Positions 50,705 to 64,000 of a stretch of DNA of 64,000 bases are shown here, one piece after another. The position numbers and the translations under genes were made by a program. The notes below the pieces were generated by a model. It did no database searches and had not been told where the DNA came from. It was given only the letters and a program-made list of their open reading frames with translations. The first letter of the stretch is position 1. Every line of letters starts with the position of its first letter. Source of the DNA: Eledone cirrhosa (lineage: Eukaryota); contig OZ024741.1 of NCBI GenBank assembly GCA_964016885.1, positions 50,654,001 to 50,718,000 of the forward strand, written 5' to 3'.

Positions 50705-51961
50705 CTAGCAGCTGAGCCCGGTTGCACCCGGGGCCACTTTTTATTAAGTTAATAAAAAATATTATTGAAAGTTTATTATAAAGAAGCAGTTTCAGGAAAA
50801 AAAATAGAAATATGCACTTGGGACTGGACGGCGTACAATGATAAGTGGAGCGACGTGAAAAGCGTTGTTTATTAACAGCGAAATAGCAATGTCGATGATA
50901 TGCAATTTGAAAAATATTACTTACTGTTAGTGGTGGTTAACACGTATTAGAATTAAAATAAAAACACGCGTCCCTTCGCAATTTAAGGGTTTGGCGATAC
51001 TTGGTTTTAATGTCCTAAATTATCATCATCGACATTCAAATATTAGCTCCACCCACTACTCGATACGTCACGAAACGTCATCAGCTGCTGCTGCTTGATT
51101 TTTACATGTTCATTTTCTTACATGCTTCATTTTTACACGAAAAAACATTGAATTTTTAGAATAAATATTTATTAAAATATTAACAGAGAAAATTAGATTT
51201 TTGATTTATTTTTTGAACAAAATAAATATTTATCTACAGTTTTTCACAGAAAAACTATGCTTCATTTTTACATGAATATTTATTTACAGTTTTTAACAGA
51301 AAAAAAATTGCTGGGAAATACTTTTTTTTTTAACACACGATACGATCTGTTAAAAAAAATGTATTTAACCGAAACACTATGCTTCATTTTTACATGAATA
51401 TTTATTTACAGTTTTTAACAGAAAAAAATTGCTGCGAAATATATTTTTTTAAAAACACATTTACAGTTTTTAACAACAGAAAAAAAATTTCTTTAAACAA
51501 TATATTGTTGCGATATACAGTTTAAAATTTTTTCGAAACATTTACCTTCGTGAAGTATCGTGTAGTGGGTGGAGCTAATAATTGAATGTCGATGATGATA
51601 ATTTAGGACACTAAAACCAAGTATCGCCGAGGGTTTTATTTCTTTTGATGGAAAATAGTGACCGTACTGCAGAATCGATTTCATAAAACGGTACTGTATG
51701 ATCGTTAAATGTAGAAGGATGATGAAATTGTAAATAAGACAAAAGTATTTGAACAGGGGGAAATAACTCACCGAACGCGATAGTTTTGGAGCCCCAGGGA
51801 CCACATTTTTCAAGTTAGAAATTTGAAACCTCATCTATTTGCTTCCTTGGCACTTTTTACATAGGTGTGTAAATTTTCATGTCAGTCCGACTCCGTCTAC
51901 TACCATTTAACCGTGCACATTTGAATTTCAACCACTGCCCATTTCACAATTATATATTAGA
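50705..51961 (-). mobile_element. Non-autonomous Helitron
   Basis: Minus strand A|TCTAATATA 5' end; subterminal hairpin CCCGG-GTGCAA-CCGGG; CTAG|T 3' end; no ORF. Confidence 0.7.
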
Positions 51962-51971
51962 TATCGTCTTT

Positions 51972-52016
51972 GTATTTGTCCCCTTCTTTTGTGCCCCTGT
52001 GGCTAATAAAGAAATA
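51972..52016 (+). mobile_element. 45-bp extreme 3' fragment of a Tx1-related LINE with 21-bp TSD
   Basis: TGTCCCCTTCTTTTGTGCCCCTGTGGCTAATAAAGAAA resembles the Tx1 terminus; TATATATTAGATATCGTCTTT at 51951-51971 and 52017-52037. Confidence 0.75.
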
Positions 52017-53100
52017 TATATATTAGATATCGTCTTTTTTTAATGTATCATGGATTACGTTACTGATTACATAAGACTGGCTTTTCTGTTAGTTTATAAA
52101 ATAAATGTAATTTACGAGGAAGTTAAGAGAATAAGACAACCATGCTGATACACACACACACACACACACACGCGCGTATTTTCAATATCACTGGTATAAA
52201 AATCGTTATATAAAACGCTGGTTATAGAAAAGGACAATAAATACGTGTTACAAAGCAATTCATTGAAAAAAAACACATACACATACACACACAGTAGTAT
52301 TATTCTAAAATGGACGTACTAATTTGTATATAATCAGCGCTTGTGTTGGTAATTAATTAAGTTATATAGAAATAAATACGATAGCAGCCAAAGTGTTTTA
52401 TAAAGTTATATCTGTATGAATACAGAGTGTTACCGAGACTGTACCAATGTGTATATAAATATACACATATTTAATATGTAGGCATGTAAATATGGTAGAT
52501 AATACGAATTTTCCTGTAATCTGAAAACATGATAAACATCTTTAATAGATTTTCGGAGGTAATTGGACCCCAATCAGAAGGCTACGGTCGTGTTGGGATA
52601 CCGCCCTCCATTCGACACAAGTACTTTATCGTTTTCATGTCTAGTATTTATTTTATCTATCTCCTTTTTTGTCGAACCGCTAAGTTACTGGACACAGAAA
52701 CTGACCCCCACCCCATATATATATATATATATATATATATATCATAAATCATGTCCTTAGAATTATTAGATAAAATATATACCGTTTCCTCTCCCAATTA
52801 GCATAATTAACCATATAAAAAATCAATTAGACCAGGCTATAAGAATAAAGGCTCCTATGAAGAAATATTTGATAAATAACCGAAAGCGGCCTCTTCGCGG
52901 TGACCCCAATAGAGTATTTACCCAACATTTTAACAGCATGTAGAAACTGACCAAATATACCGTCAACCATACACTTTATAAAACTAACCTATATTATATT
53001 TTATCTGATGAAAGCGCACCATAGTTTGCCTTGGTGGCCCTTGAAATATGTATAATGAAATAAATATGGTTTTATAAATATAGTTTCCATGTGTTAATAT

Positions 53101-53139
<39 letters not shown>

Positions 53140-53145
53140 CAAAAT

Positions 53146-53426
53146 ATTAACAAATGAAGATATTCACATAATCAACATATATGCTTTATTATATATATTT
53201 CGAAGGTACTGTGTTGTTTTTTCAGTACGTCCTCGTCAGATAAAATATATGATTTGATATATGACATACCTCTAAGGAATTGAACTATCAAGACCGTAGA
53301 GGTATGTCATATATCAAATCATATATTTTTATCTGACGAGGACGTACTAAAAAAACAACACAGTACCTTCGAAATATATATAATAAAGCATATATTTTGA
53401 TTATGTGAATATCTTCATTTGTTAAT
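53146..53426. repeat. Inverted repeat carrying a hammerhead motif in each arm (PLE-like end)
   Basis: 53146-53274 mirrors 53297-53426; CTGACGA..GAAA. Confidence 0.8.
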
Positions 53427-53883
53427 TTTTTGAATAATATTAAAAACTCCTGTAAAACTGTATTCATTGAGTAATCAATGAACCATATTAATCTTTGGTT
53501 ATATATATATACGAAACCGCGGTAAAGGCACATATAGTAAGTACAGTGAATTTTTAAAAAATTTATTTAAAAACTTTTTCTCTATTTGCTAGATCTTGAT
53601 TTTATATGTTCTGGCTTGTTAATTTATTAACAGAATTATTTCTTTCATCATCCGCTCTCATTTGGCAATGGTTTTGTATGGCATCAGTTTGTGATTTGAA
53701 CTCGGGAATTTTATATTCTCCGAGGGAGGAGAGCCTTCTGAAGATTGCTCCCTTCTCAATGGAAATCCGCTTGGATTTTCCGTTTTTTCTGGAGCATGAT
53801 AAGGCGGTAAAGGCACATATAGTAAGTACAGTGAATTTTTAAAAATTTTATTTTAAAACTTTTTCTCTATTTGCTAGACCTTG

Positions 53884-53922
<39 letters not shown>

Positions 53923-53964
53923 ATAATAATAAATTTTGAAGATTAAAATCCAAAGAGGGCTCAA

Positions 53965-54029
<65 letters not shown>

Positions 54030-54384
54030 CGAGGGATTTGTGGTAAGGAACCAGGTGGACCATAACGCACCAGAGTGCTCTGGCTAAAAATTCTAATTTA
54101 GTCCTGAAATAGCCGTCGAAACGGCTTGAGCTCTGCCGTCGGGGTCATACCTTTTCCTATATATATATATGTGTGTGTGTATAAATATATATATATGTTG
54201 TTATTTATATTTACCTTTTACATACATATATATATGTATATACACACACACAAATACGACACATACACACACATATATATACATACTCACACACAAATAC
54301 GACACATATATACATATGCGATGAGCTTCCGCAGTTTCCATCTACCAAATTCAATTCCATCAATAATATCAATAGGATAAAACT

Positions 54385-54505
54385 TGCTGCAGACCGTCAG
54401 ACAACACATCATGCTTTGCGGAATATAGTTACGGCCCTTTACGTTCTGAGTTCAAATCCCACCGAGGTTAGCTCTGCCTTACATCCTTACCGGGTCGATA
54501 AATGT
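54385..54505 (+). mobile_element. tRNA-derived SINE fragment
   Basis: GAGTTCAAATCCCACCGAGGTTAGCTCTGCCTTACATCCTTACCGGGTCGATAAA. Confidence 0.65.
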
Positions 54506-54611
54506 ATATTGGAGGAGGCACTTTTAAACAGGCCCTTCATTCGGGCACGTGGTCGCACATACATGTTAAGTGTATGAAACTTTGTACACACACACACACA
54601 TATATATTATA

Positions 54612-56710
54612 GTTAAAACAGAAAACAAAAACAATAACGAAGAGTGCAGTACAAAGTGTTAGTATTAGGTTCACGCTTGAGAGTGGGGGGTGGGGGACGA
54701 CGTTTCGGGCATAAGCCCTTCATCAGGAGAAAAGTGGGAAGAAAAGAGTTCCGAGGATACGAGGGGGAGTGGTGGAAAGCCATTAAAAGAGGGGGGAGGG
54801 AAGGAAAACAATTAAAAAGAGGGTAAAAAAATGAAAGTGGTGAAAGGGTGTGAGGCGTGTGGGGGGTGGTGGTGGGTGGATGGAAGGGGGAGAGGGGAGA
54901 AGGAGACAGGGAGTTCGAGCGGGGAGGGCGGAAGGTGGTGTGTGTGTGGGTGTACGTGTGTGTGTATGTGTGGATGTGAGTGTGGGAGTTTGGAGAAGAA
55001 CGAGGTTCCATGTTCGGGTAATAGGGAAACCAATGTGTACATGAGGTGGGGTGTAAGTCAGTGTGTCTATGCGTGTGGATGGAGAGGGGTCAGAGCGCGT
55101 GGGGGAGAGGGGGCATGCGGAGTCTGGAGGTCGAGTGAGGATACGCACGGGTATGTGTGTTTTGGTGTGGTGTGGATGTATGGCTGCGTGTGTGCGAAAA
55201 TAGTGTAAGTGTTTGTGTGTGTATGTTCCTGAATGTTTTCCCGCGGAGTATAGAAATAGATGTTGAAAAATCCGAGTATAGCAGGGTGGATGACTGGAGC
55301 GGTGGACCAGTGGTGTAGAATCCTTGGTATGGTGCGGAGGAAGTAGAGAGTTGTGGGGTGCGCGCGCAACAGGAAATGGTCAAGAGAGTCAAGGCAGGGC
55401 GAAAGATGCGGGAGATAGCAGTAGGAGGGTGACAGACAGGCAGTGGTAGGGATGAAGGCAGACGGACGGGTGTTAGAGATGGTCTGTATGTGTGTGTGGA
55501 ATGTGTGTATGTGTGTGCGGAGGTGCGGTCGACAGGGGAGGAGATGGGTATGTGTGAAAGGTTGAGGGAGAGGGTGGCGGTGTGTGGAGGGTTTGTGTGT
55601 ATATTAGTGGAGGTGTTAGTGGGATGTGTGTGTATGTGTGTGTGGTGGTGGTGGTGGTGTTGGTAGTGCGGAGAGAGAGAGAAGGTGCTGGGGACAGTAT
55701 GAGTAAGTGTAATATACTGGTGAGTGTGTGCTTGTTTGGGTATGAGTGTGTGTGTGAAGTAAAGTGGGTGTTAGTATTATTAGTGGTGGTGGTGTTGGAG
55801 TTGAATACGGGTGTGTGAGTGGGGGTTAGTGGTGGTAGTGTGGGGGTGGGGTGGGTGGTGTATCAGTAAGTACGTGGGTGTGGATGAGTGTATGTGTGCT
55901 GGTGTGTGTTCGTGTGTGTGTGGTGAGGGGTATGTTTAGTATTATTAGTGGTAGGGTGGTCGGATGTGGATGTGTGGGTGGGGGTTAGTGGTGGTAGTAG
56001 GGTGTGTGAATGGTGTGAGTGAGTGTATATATGTACTGGTGGGTGTTGCGTGCTGAGGGTGTGGGTGCGTGTGTGGTGTGATAGGGGATGGGTGGGGGTA
56101 TTAGTATTATTAGTTGTGGGGTGAGTCGGGTGGGTGGGGTGGTGGCTGGAAGTGGAGGGGATGGTGAATCTTGGGAGTGTTTTAGTGGTGTTAGGAGGAG
56201 GTGTGAGTAGGGGAGGGACACGGTCGAAAGCTGAAGGTAGAGGGGTGGGGAGTTCAGGCCAGTGGGCGGGGGGTCTGTAGGGTGAAGATGGTGTGTTGCT
56301 CGACCCTAAGGTGGGTTGCGGGGGTCCCATGGCATTCGATCAGGCCACAGACGGTGAGGTGGCGGGCGGAGTGTCCAGGGGAACCAAAGTGGCGGGCGAT
56401 GGGGGAAGTCCCGCCGAGATGAATATCTCGGAGGTGCTCTGTGAACCGATCCGCCAGGCGACGTCCGGTTTGTCCGACGTAGGTTGCGCTGCACTCCGTG
56501 CAGCGAAGTCCGTAGACTAAGTTGGAGGAGATGCAGCGGAAGGCATGCTGGACAGAGAGAGAGAGTAGCCGTTGGGACACTGGAAGGTAGTGGTGTTAGT
56601 GATGTCGGGGCAGGTGTGGAAGCGAGGTCTGGAGCAGGGAAGGGAACTGGGGGGGGGGCTCCGGACGAGGAGGTTGCGGAGGTTGCACGCGCGTTTGAAG
56701 GAGGGGTATA
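54612..56710 (-). mobile_element. Neptune-type Penelope-like element, 3' part (frameshifted GIY-YIG, long C/A-rich UTR, hammerhead)
   Basis: SFKRACNLRNLLVRS; CISSNLVYGLRCTECSATYVGQTGRRLADRFTEH..PIARHF..EQHTIFTLQT. Confidence 0.85.
54699..54726 (-). ncRNA. Minimal hammerhead ribozyme motif (PLE type)
   Basis: CTGATGA-A-GGGC-TTAT-GCCC-GAAACGTC; CTGAAGA variants at 30166-30193 and 61033-61060. Confidence 0.7.
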
Positions 56711-56777
56711 TATATCCGTATGTGGTTGACGGCTGAGAGAAAGGTGTACTCAATACCGAAGTACAGTTTTAATATTT

Positions 56778-56818
<41 letters not shown>

Positions 56819-57095
56819 AAATTACACAATGTATACTAACATTACTTAATTTCTGCACATGGTGGTTCCATTCGGACCACCGCCGACAGAGCAGAATCAT
56901 AGAAACTAGTGCATCGGTCCGGTTAACTCAAATTTCCTACCCACACGAAGTCGTTTTCCTCACTGATTAACGTATAACTGTACACTCAAATCGGTTAGGT
57001 TCATATTTTAATAACACAGACTTAATTAAATTACTGAGTGAGGAACGACTGAAGCTGTGATCATTATAGTCAATAAACTACGTTCCATAATTATA

Positions 57096-57188
<93 letters not shown>

Positions 57189-57471
57189 TTCACTTCGGCA
57201 AACACACACACACACAACACACCCATGATACCTCTGTAGCCTCCACTTTAGCTCCCAAGGCCAGACCTTTCACTTACCCCCCCGACCTATCTGCCCCCCT
57301 AATCCGAACTTTCCTGATGAAAGACTTCTGTCCGAAACGTTGTACCCTCCCCCACTTCGTCCTAGCGTGTATTTTTGCATTCCTGCGTTTGTTTTGTTTT
57401 GTTTCATTTATTAACTACACACACACGCGCGCGCACGCACGCACACACACACACACACACACACATACACA

Positions 57472-57565
<94 letters not shown>

Positions 57566-57685
57566 ACACATACATATATATATACTATGGGTTGGTATCT
57601 TAATGATACTGGCTTAATTAAAAACATTAAATGAGTGGGAAAATGATCGAAGATTTTTCGGTCCTATCCGATGACTTCGTTTCAG

Positions 57686-57755
<70 letters not shown>

Positions 57756-58248
57756 ATACAAAGTATGAAGAAATAATAGACAAAAATATACCTATTTTTT
57801 CCTCAACCCGACTGCAGTTTCGCCGATCCGTGTGTAACGATTTTGCACTATAAAAATGCATAATCGCTGTGAGGTTGATATGGGTTATCAAGAGAACCCT
57901 CAGAAAAAAGGACTGTATCTGGACGCGTTCGTAGTAAGTGAGAAAATATCTAGAGACGGAGGGAGGAATTATCACGTGATACAGTGGTAAAAAAAAGAAG
58001 CCTTTTTTTCGTAGCAAGTGAGAATATCTCGAGAGGCAGAGGGAGAAATTAACACATGATACAGGGGTCACAGAAAAGTAGTAAGGTGGACAGGGAGCGA
58101 AAAATGTATTTGCTAGAAAAAGCAGTTAGTACACTCGTATATAATGTTTAATATAGAAATGGCTTCTACAAGACTAGAACTGTTTCATTCGAAGGAAATC
58201 ATATATATATTGAGTACCTTACTTACTGTGGTTACCCCGATTGAACCC

Positions 58249-58358
<110 letters not shown>

Positions 58359-58669
58359 GAGGTAGTCACTGTAAGTTGTGGGGTCTATTCTGTATGAAGA
58401 ACTCAATGTAATCCATATGTTGAAAATGTTGTAGGTTAAGATAAATCTCAGAAAACAATAAAACATTAAAAGGAAAACAGAGTCATGATATAAGTTAAAA
58501 CAATGAAATAAAAAATCAAGTCATTAGAGATATACTTCACTGCTTTACGATCGTTTCTAGATGGTGATAATACATTGTATCTATACTCAGTTATAGATCT
58601 ATGTAAGTTTACAAACTATCAGATAGAGAGAATATTTACTTACATTCATATCACCAGCTGTTTTCAAAA

Positions 58670-58982
58670 GCAATAATAATTTAAGAAAAGATTTTACGCA
58701 CACTCTAGTAGTTTCAACAATACTAAACTAGCAAACACCACATCTTTAGCTGAAGCGGTAAATAATTATAAAAAGAAAAAAAAAATAGATTTTAAGTTAT
58801 CGTGGAACACCATTCTACAAAAAACTCCATATCTTGGAAACAGGAGGGAATGCGGATTATGTTCAGGAGAGATCTTGGAAATTACTAAATCTAAGGACGA
58901 TTTATTAAATAAAAGACAAGAATTGATCATAGTCTGTAATCACCGTATACGAAAAACATTTAAATACTATAAACCTAATTAA
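58670..58982 (+). pseudogene. Degraded Naiad-type GIY-YIG C-terminus (different family)
   Basis: Manual translation FKKRFYAHSSSF..TTSLAE..LSWN..CGLCSGE..LLNKRQE..CNHR..YKPN* parallels the 46832-48044 C-terminus. Confidence 0.65.
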
Positions 58983-59240
58983 ATACTATAAACCTAATTA
59001 AATATTCTAAATAGCAACTCACTATAATTCCGTATAGAATAACATTTATTAGTACCTCTTTCCCCTAGTTATATGCTTTCATGCTTATTTTTTGCCTTTT
59101 AATATTTTAGCTTCCTTAGATTTATGCGTTAATGACTAGAGGCAACAAGATACACAGCCACCCGTAATTGCATGAGTGAAAATAAACATCTATGTATGAT
59201 ATGGGAATATAATGTGTGTATATATTTGTGTGTATATATT

Positions 59241-59293
<53 letters not shown>

Positions 59294-59348
59294 GTGAGGT
59301 TTTTTTTACAAAATGAAAAATAACCGAGGTGTCCTACACGAGTGGAAG

Positions 59349-59577
59349 TATAAAGAAAAAGGGATGAAATCGAAAATGCAACTGAAGTCTTATTTTTTTA
59401 AAAAATATATATATTTATTTGGTTCCTTTACCGGTTTCGCAGTTCTTCTGCTTTTCAAAAGGTGAGTTGAAAAGCAGAAGAACTGCGAAACCAGTAAAGG
59501 AACCAAATAAATATATATATTTAAAAAAAAAATAAGACTTCAGTTGCATTTTCGATTTCATCCCTTTTTCTTTATAT
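59349..59577. repeat. ~110-bp-arm palindrome with degenerate hammerhead-like core
   Basis: 59349-59458 mirrors 59468-59577; GCAG-AAGAA-CTGC-GAAACCGGTA. Confidence 0.75.
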
Positions 59578-59621
59578 ATATATATATATGTACTATCTTC
59601 ATCTTACAGACCCCCCCCCCC

Positions 59622-60127
59622 CGGCCTGAACTCCCCACCCTTATTCCTTTAGCGTTCGACCGCCCCCCTCCCCCACTTATCCCCCACTAACACCACTAAC
59701 ACACCCCTCCTTTTCACCGCCCACCCCACACTAACAATACTAACACCCCACTCCACCCCTCATCTAACCACCCTTCCCCAACTAACATACTAACATCCCT
59801 TCCCTCCCCTCTTCTCCTCCTCCCCCCTCCTTATCACACGCACACACTTACACCACCCACCCCACACGCAACTAACATCACTAACACCCTCCAACCCCAC
59901 GCACACGTACCCACACACCCTCGTACACCACCAACTCTACACACCCTACCCCCACTAACCCCCACTCACACCTGCATTCCACCCCTCCCCACCTCCCGTC
60001 TACTAACACCCACTAACACCTCCTCACCAAACTACACACACACCAGTACACCACACTCCCTCCATAGAACCACACACACCCTTCTCTCCCCACTCCACAC
60101 TCACTCATCCCACTAACACCCCTACTA

Positions 60128-60196
<69 letters not shown>

Positions 60197-61145
60197 CCTC
60201 ACTCCAACTCTCACACCTACCCATCCTCGCCTCCCTACCATTCCGCTGACTGCTGCTATGCCCTTCCGACCACTGTCTCAGCACCCACTGACCACAGCAC
60301 TTCCACTGCTGACCACTTCCTGTTGCGCGCGCACCCCACATCTCTCCTCTTCCGACCACCGCTTCTTGGATTACCCACACGCGTTTTGACTTCCAACCAA
60401 AATCTCCATACATCCGTGTAACTTACCACTTTCAACCATCCTCTAACACCTTCACCTATATAACTCACCCACACACACATCCCAAAACAAATTTTTTTAT
60501 CCACACGCCACCCACACCCACAACACGCTTAAACCACACACACGTGCTTCCCACCACATATTTACACCCTCAGCCCCCTGATTCCTCTCCCCCCACCCCC
60601 TATCCACACACGCACAGACCCTCCGACACACAAAAACACCCCCCACACACACCTTCCTGAACATGCAACCCCGTTCTTCCCCCAACCCTCACTTTCACAT
60701 ACACACACACACACACACACACGCACACCTAACCACACACACCACCTTCAGCCCTCCCCGCTCGGACACCCCGTCTCCCTCTCCCCACTCCACCCGCCTC
60801 CACCTCTACTCACCCCACACCCTTCCACCACCTGTTTACCCCCCTTTTAATTTCAGTTTATTTTGATCATGCCTTTATTTTTAAATGTTCTCATTCCTTG
60901 TATTTTGATCATGCTTTATTTTTATTTATTATTTATTATATTTTTGTCTTTATTTGTTAATTTTTCATTCGCACCGTTTCCTTTCGCTATATGTCTCTCC
61001 ACCACTCCCCTACACACCTTTTGAACTCTTACCTGAAGAAGGGCTTATGCCCGAAACGTCGTCCTCCACCTACCCCCCACTCTCCTGAGCGTGAATCTAA
61101 TAAACATTTGTCGTACTGCCTCTCTGTTCTGTCCCTGTTCAATTT
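59622..61145 (+). mobile_element. Neptune-type PLE 3' remnant
   Basis: Starts GGCCTGAACTCCCCACC, matching the end of the GIY-YIG ORF near 56255; same UTR and hammerhead. Confidence 0.75.
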
Positions 61146-61316
61146 TTTATTATATATATATATATGTATATACGTATATATATATATGTTTATGTATGTG
61201 TATATATGTATATGCTTGTATATGTATATGTATGTATGTGTGTATATATATATATATATGGGTGTGTATATGTATGTGTATATATATATATATATGTATG
61301 TGTGTGTATGTGTATG

Positions 61317-61353
<37 letters not shown>

Positions 61354-61444
61354 GTGTTTGTGTGTGTGTATATGTGAGTATAGATGTATGAATGTTTATA
61401 TGACTATGTGCACATGTAAGAAGAGTGTACATATGCTCACACAA

Positions 61445-61498
<54 letters not shown>

Positions 61499-61550
61499 TG
61501 TATATGTATATATATATGTGTGTGTATGTATGTGTATATATATGTATATA

Positions 61551-61629
<79 letters not shown>

Positions 61630-61816
61630 ATATATATGTATATATGTGTGTGTGTGTGTGTATATATATGTATATATGTGTGTGTGTGTGTGTATATATA
61701 TGTATATATGTGTATGTGTGTGTGTGTATATATATGTATATATGTGTATGTGTGTGTGTGTATATATATGTATATATGTGTATATGTGTATGTGTATATG
61801 TATGTATGTATGTATG

Positions 61817-64000
61817 TTCTTCTGGTTTTATAATTTCACAAAGTTTTACCAATAGAGAGAGAGTCGGTTTCTAACATAGACACAAGATTCTCTCATTGGA
61901 ATTTACAGAACATCAACTAGGTAGATATGTATGTATGTCTGCATGCATGCATGTGTAGATATGGATGTTATTATATGTGTGGATGTGTATGTTTTGAGTT
62001 GTATGTGTGCATGTGTATATGCTTTGTATCTGTACATGTGTATATGCAGTTATTAGATGCAACATTTTGGGAATGTTTTTCATATTTTTACTGTTCCATA
62101 ATGGATTGTACTTGTAATTTCCTAACTAGTTGTGTTCTTTCTGTTCCTGTGAAGCCTAGCTTCTCAAGATTTGTATTGAGGCAGTTACTAACATATCCCA
62201 GTGCCCCAACAATCACAGGCATAAATCTGAAGGTGTAATCAGGGTGGAGTATCTGCAGATTTCTCATCAGTTCTGCATAAATATTCTCCTTTTCACTAAT
62301 CTTTGATATTATATTGGCATCTGCTGGGCAGCTAATTTCCACTACTGTGCATGTTTTCTTCTCCCTGTCCCATATCATAATATCTGGTCTGTTATGCCTG
62401 CATTTTATTGGGGTTTTTACTGGAACATTCCACCAGTCCTCTTTCATATTATGTACATGGATGTCTTCCACATTGTTGTAGCTTTTAATGTGTTTATTAT
62501 CGGGGCTATCTTTTTTACGAACTGCATTGTACAGTGTTTTGGCCACTACATCATGCCTCATAGGTAGATAGTACCGCGATGACATCTTTGGGAAGCTGCT
62601 GATGACATGGGTGATATCCTCGATGTTAGTTCTGCAGAGTCTGCACTTGTTATCACATCTAGGTGTTTTGCCTGCATCCCCTATCTCTTTTGTGAATCAG
62701 GTATTTCGTACTAATCTCCTGTTCTTGGATTGCAAAAGCGTATCCTTCAAAGTGGGAGCCAATATAGTGGTTGTTGGTCCAAGATAGACTACTTTCCTTA
62801 TCTATATTACTCTCACTCTGGAGCTTCCTGGCAACATATCCATGCATGATTTTTTGCTGATAGGCATGCAGTTTTTCATCCATGGATTCACTGCGATACT
62901 GCTGAGCGACATCCCTGGGTGTGAGTTTTTGATTATCACACAGGGAATATCTCTCAAGGAGTTCCTTCCCAACTCTCATGATCTTATCTGTTTCATGCAG
63001 ATAGACTTGCTCGAGAAACGGGCTCCTACGCTTCGAGGTTCGTAGATGTTGTCGGAGAGATATGATGCGATTCAAATGTTGTCTGGACTGATGTTAGGCC
63101 TCTGCTTCCCTGCTTACGTTTCAAGTAAAGGCGGTCTATGTCACTGTTGATGTGTAAGTTTCCGGTGTTGTTCAGTATTTTTCGAGTTCCAACATCAACT
63201 GCTCGGATTTTGTCTATTGTCCAATTGAGTATTCCAAACGTTGGTGTTAGGACAGGCACAGCAAACACATTGTGAGCCACTGTTTTGTTTTGCGCAGAGA
63301 GTTCCGATGACCAGATCTTTCTTAATCGGGTGTAGTATTCCCTGGTTACGCGTTTTTATTACAGATACCATTATAGGATATGTTCTTATCTATCCCCAGG
63401 TATCTGTAGCAGTCCTCATCAGATATCGGTGAAACAGTTAGACCATTGATGACAATGTTGCTAGATTGGGTTGTTGTTTTTCCCCGCTTTACAGTCATGT
63501 AAGAGCATTTATCTTGGCCAAACTCCATTCCTATATCCTTTGAGAACGTTGTAACCAGGTCAAGATTTTTCTTCATCCCATCCATGTTCTTGGCATAGAG
63601 TTTCAGATCGTCCACAAAGAAGTTATGGGTTAGGTTTGTATTTCTGTCCTCCTGTGAGCCAATGATGTATCCCTCACATTTCTTGAGCAGAAAGGACAAG
63701 GGGTTTAATGACAAGATGAACAATATCACAGAGAGACTGTCCCCCTGAAATATACCCCTGCAATATTTTATTTTATCAGTGAAAATAGAGTCCCCCCTCT
63801 CTGTCTTTAACCTTAGGATAGTAGCCCAAGAAGAAGACAGCCTCTCTATGGCTCTGACAATAATATCTGGGACTTTAGCAAGTTGGAGGGCCTCTATCAT
63901 CCAAGAGTGGGAAACAGAATCGAAAGCTTTCCTGTAGTCCAGCCAGACTGTAGTCATATTCCTCCTAAGTTGTCGCACCTCCGACATCACAGTTTTGTTG
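61817..64000 (-). mobile_element. R4/Dong-like (RLE) LINE family A, frameshifted, continues beyond the window
   Basis: LDYRKAFDSV, GIFQGDSLS, FVDD, RHD, HNRPD..VEISCP; highly similar to 18149-20545; 3' end in TATG repeat. Confidence 0.9.

Noticed and set aside
56820-57090. Unique-looking sequence, possibly a host first exon (CCACCATG on the minus strand)
   Set aside because: The ORF stops after four codons; no independent support

Overview
Eukaryotic, repeat-saturated DNA, probably cephalopod/octopus (inferred from the SINE types and microsatellite load). I could not support any host protein-coding gene. Bases 1-15.6 kb are a head-to-tail array of three near-identical Tx1-group (L1 clade) LINEs with a ~5744-bp period, joined by identical (TCTG/TCTA) spacers; copy 3 has intact ORF1 and ORF2. 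The rest is a microsatellite matrix carrying several retroelement types: R4/Dong-like RLE LINE fragments, all embedded in (CATA)n in a fixed orientation; a ~600-bp non-autonomous, internally deleted RTE-like element in the opposite orientation in the same microsatellite; and Penelope-like elements (a Naiad-type RT+GIY-YIG forming a 4.8-kb palindrome, plus Neptune-type remnants) with about a dozen hammerhead-ribozyme motifs, mostly beside (TA)n. Also present are a non-autonomous Helitron, hAT, mariner and piggyBac-like MITEs, and tRNA-derived SINEs. Most short ORFs in the track are microsatellite translation artefacts. Family names come from motif recall, not database searches.
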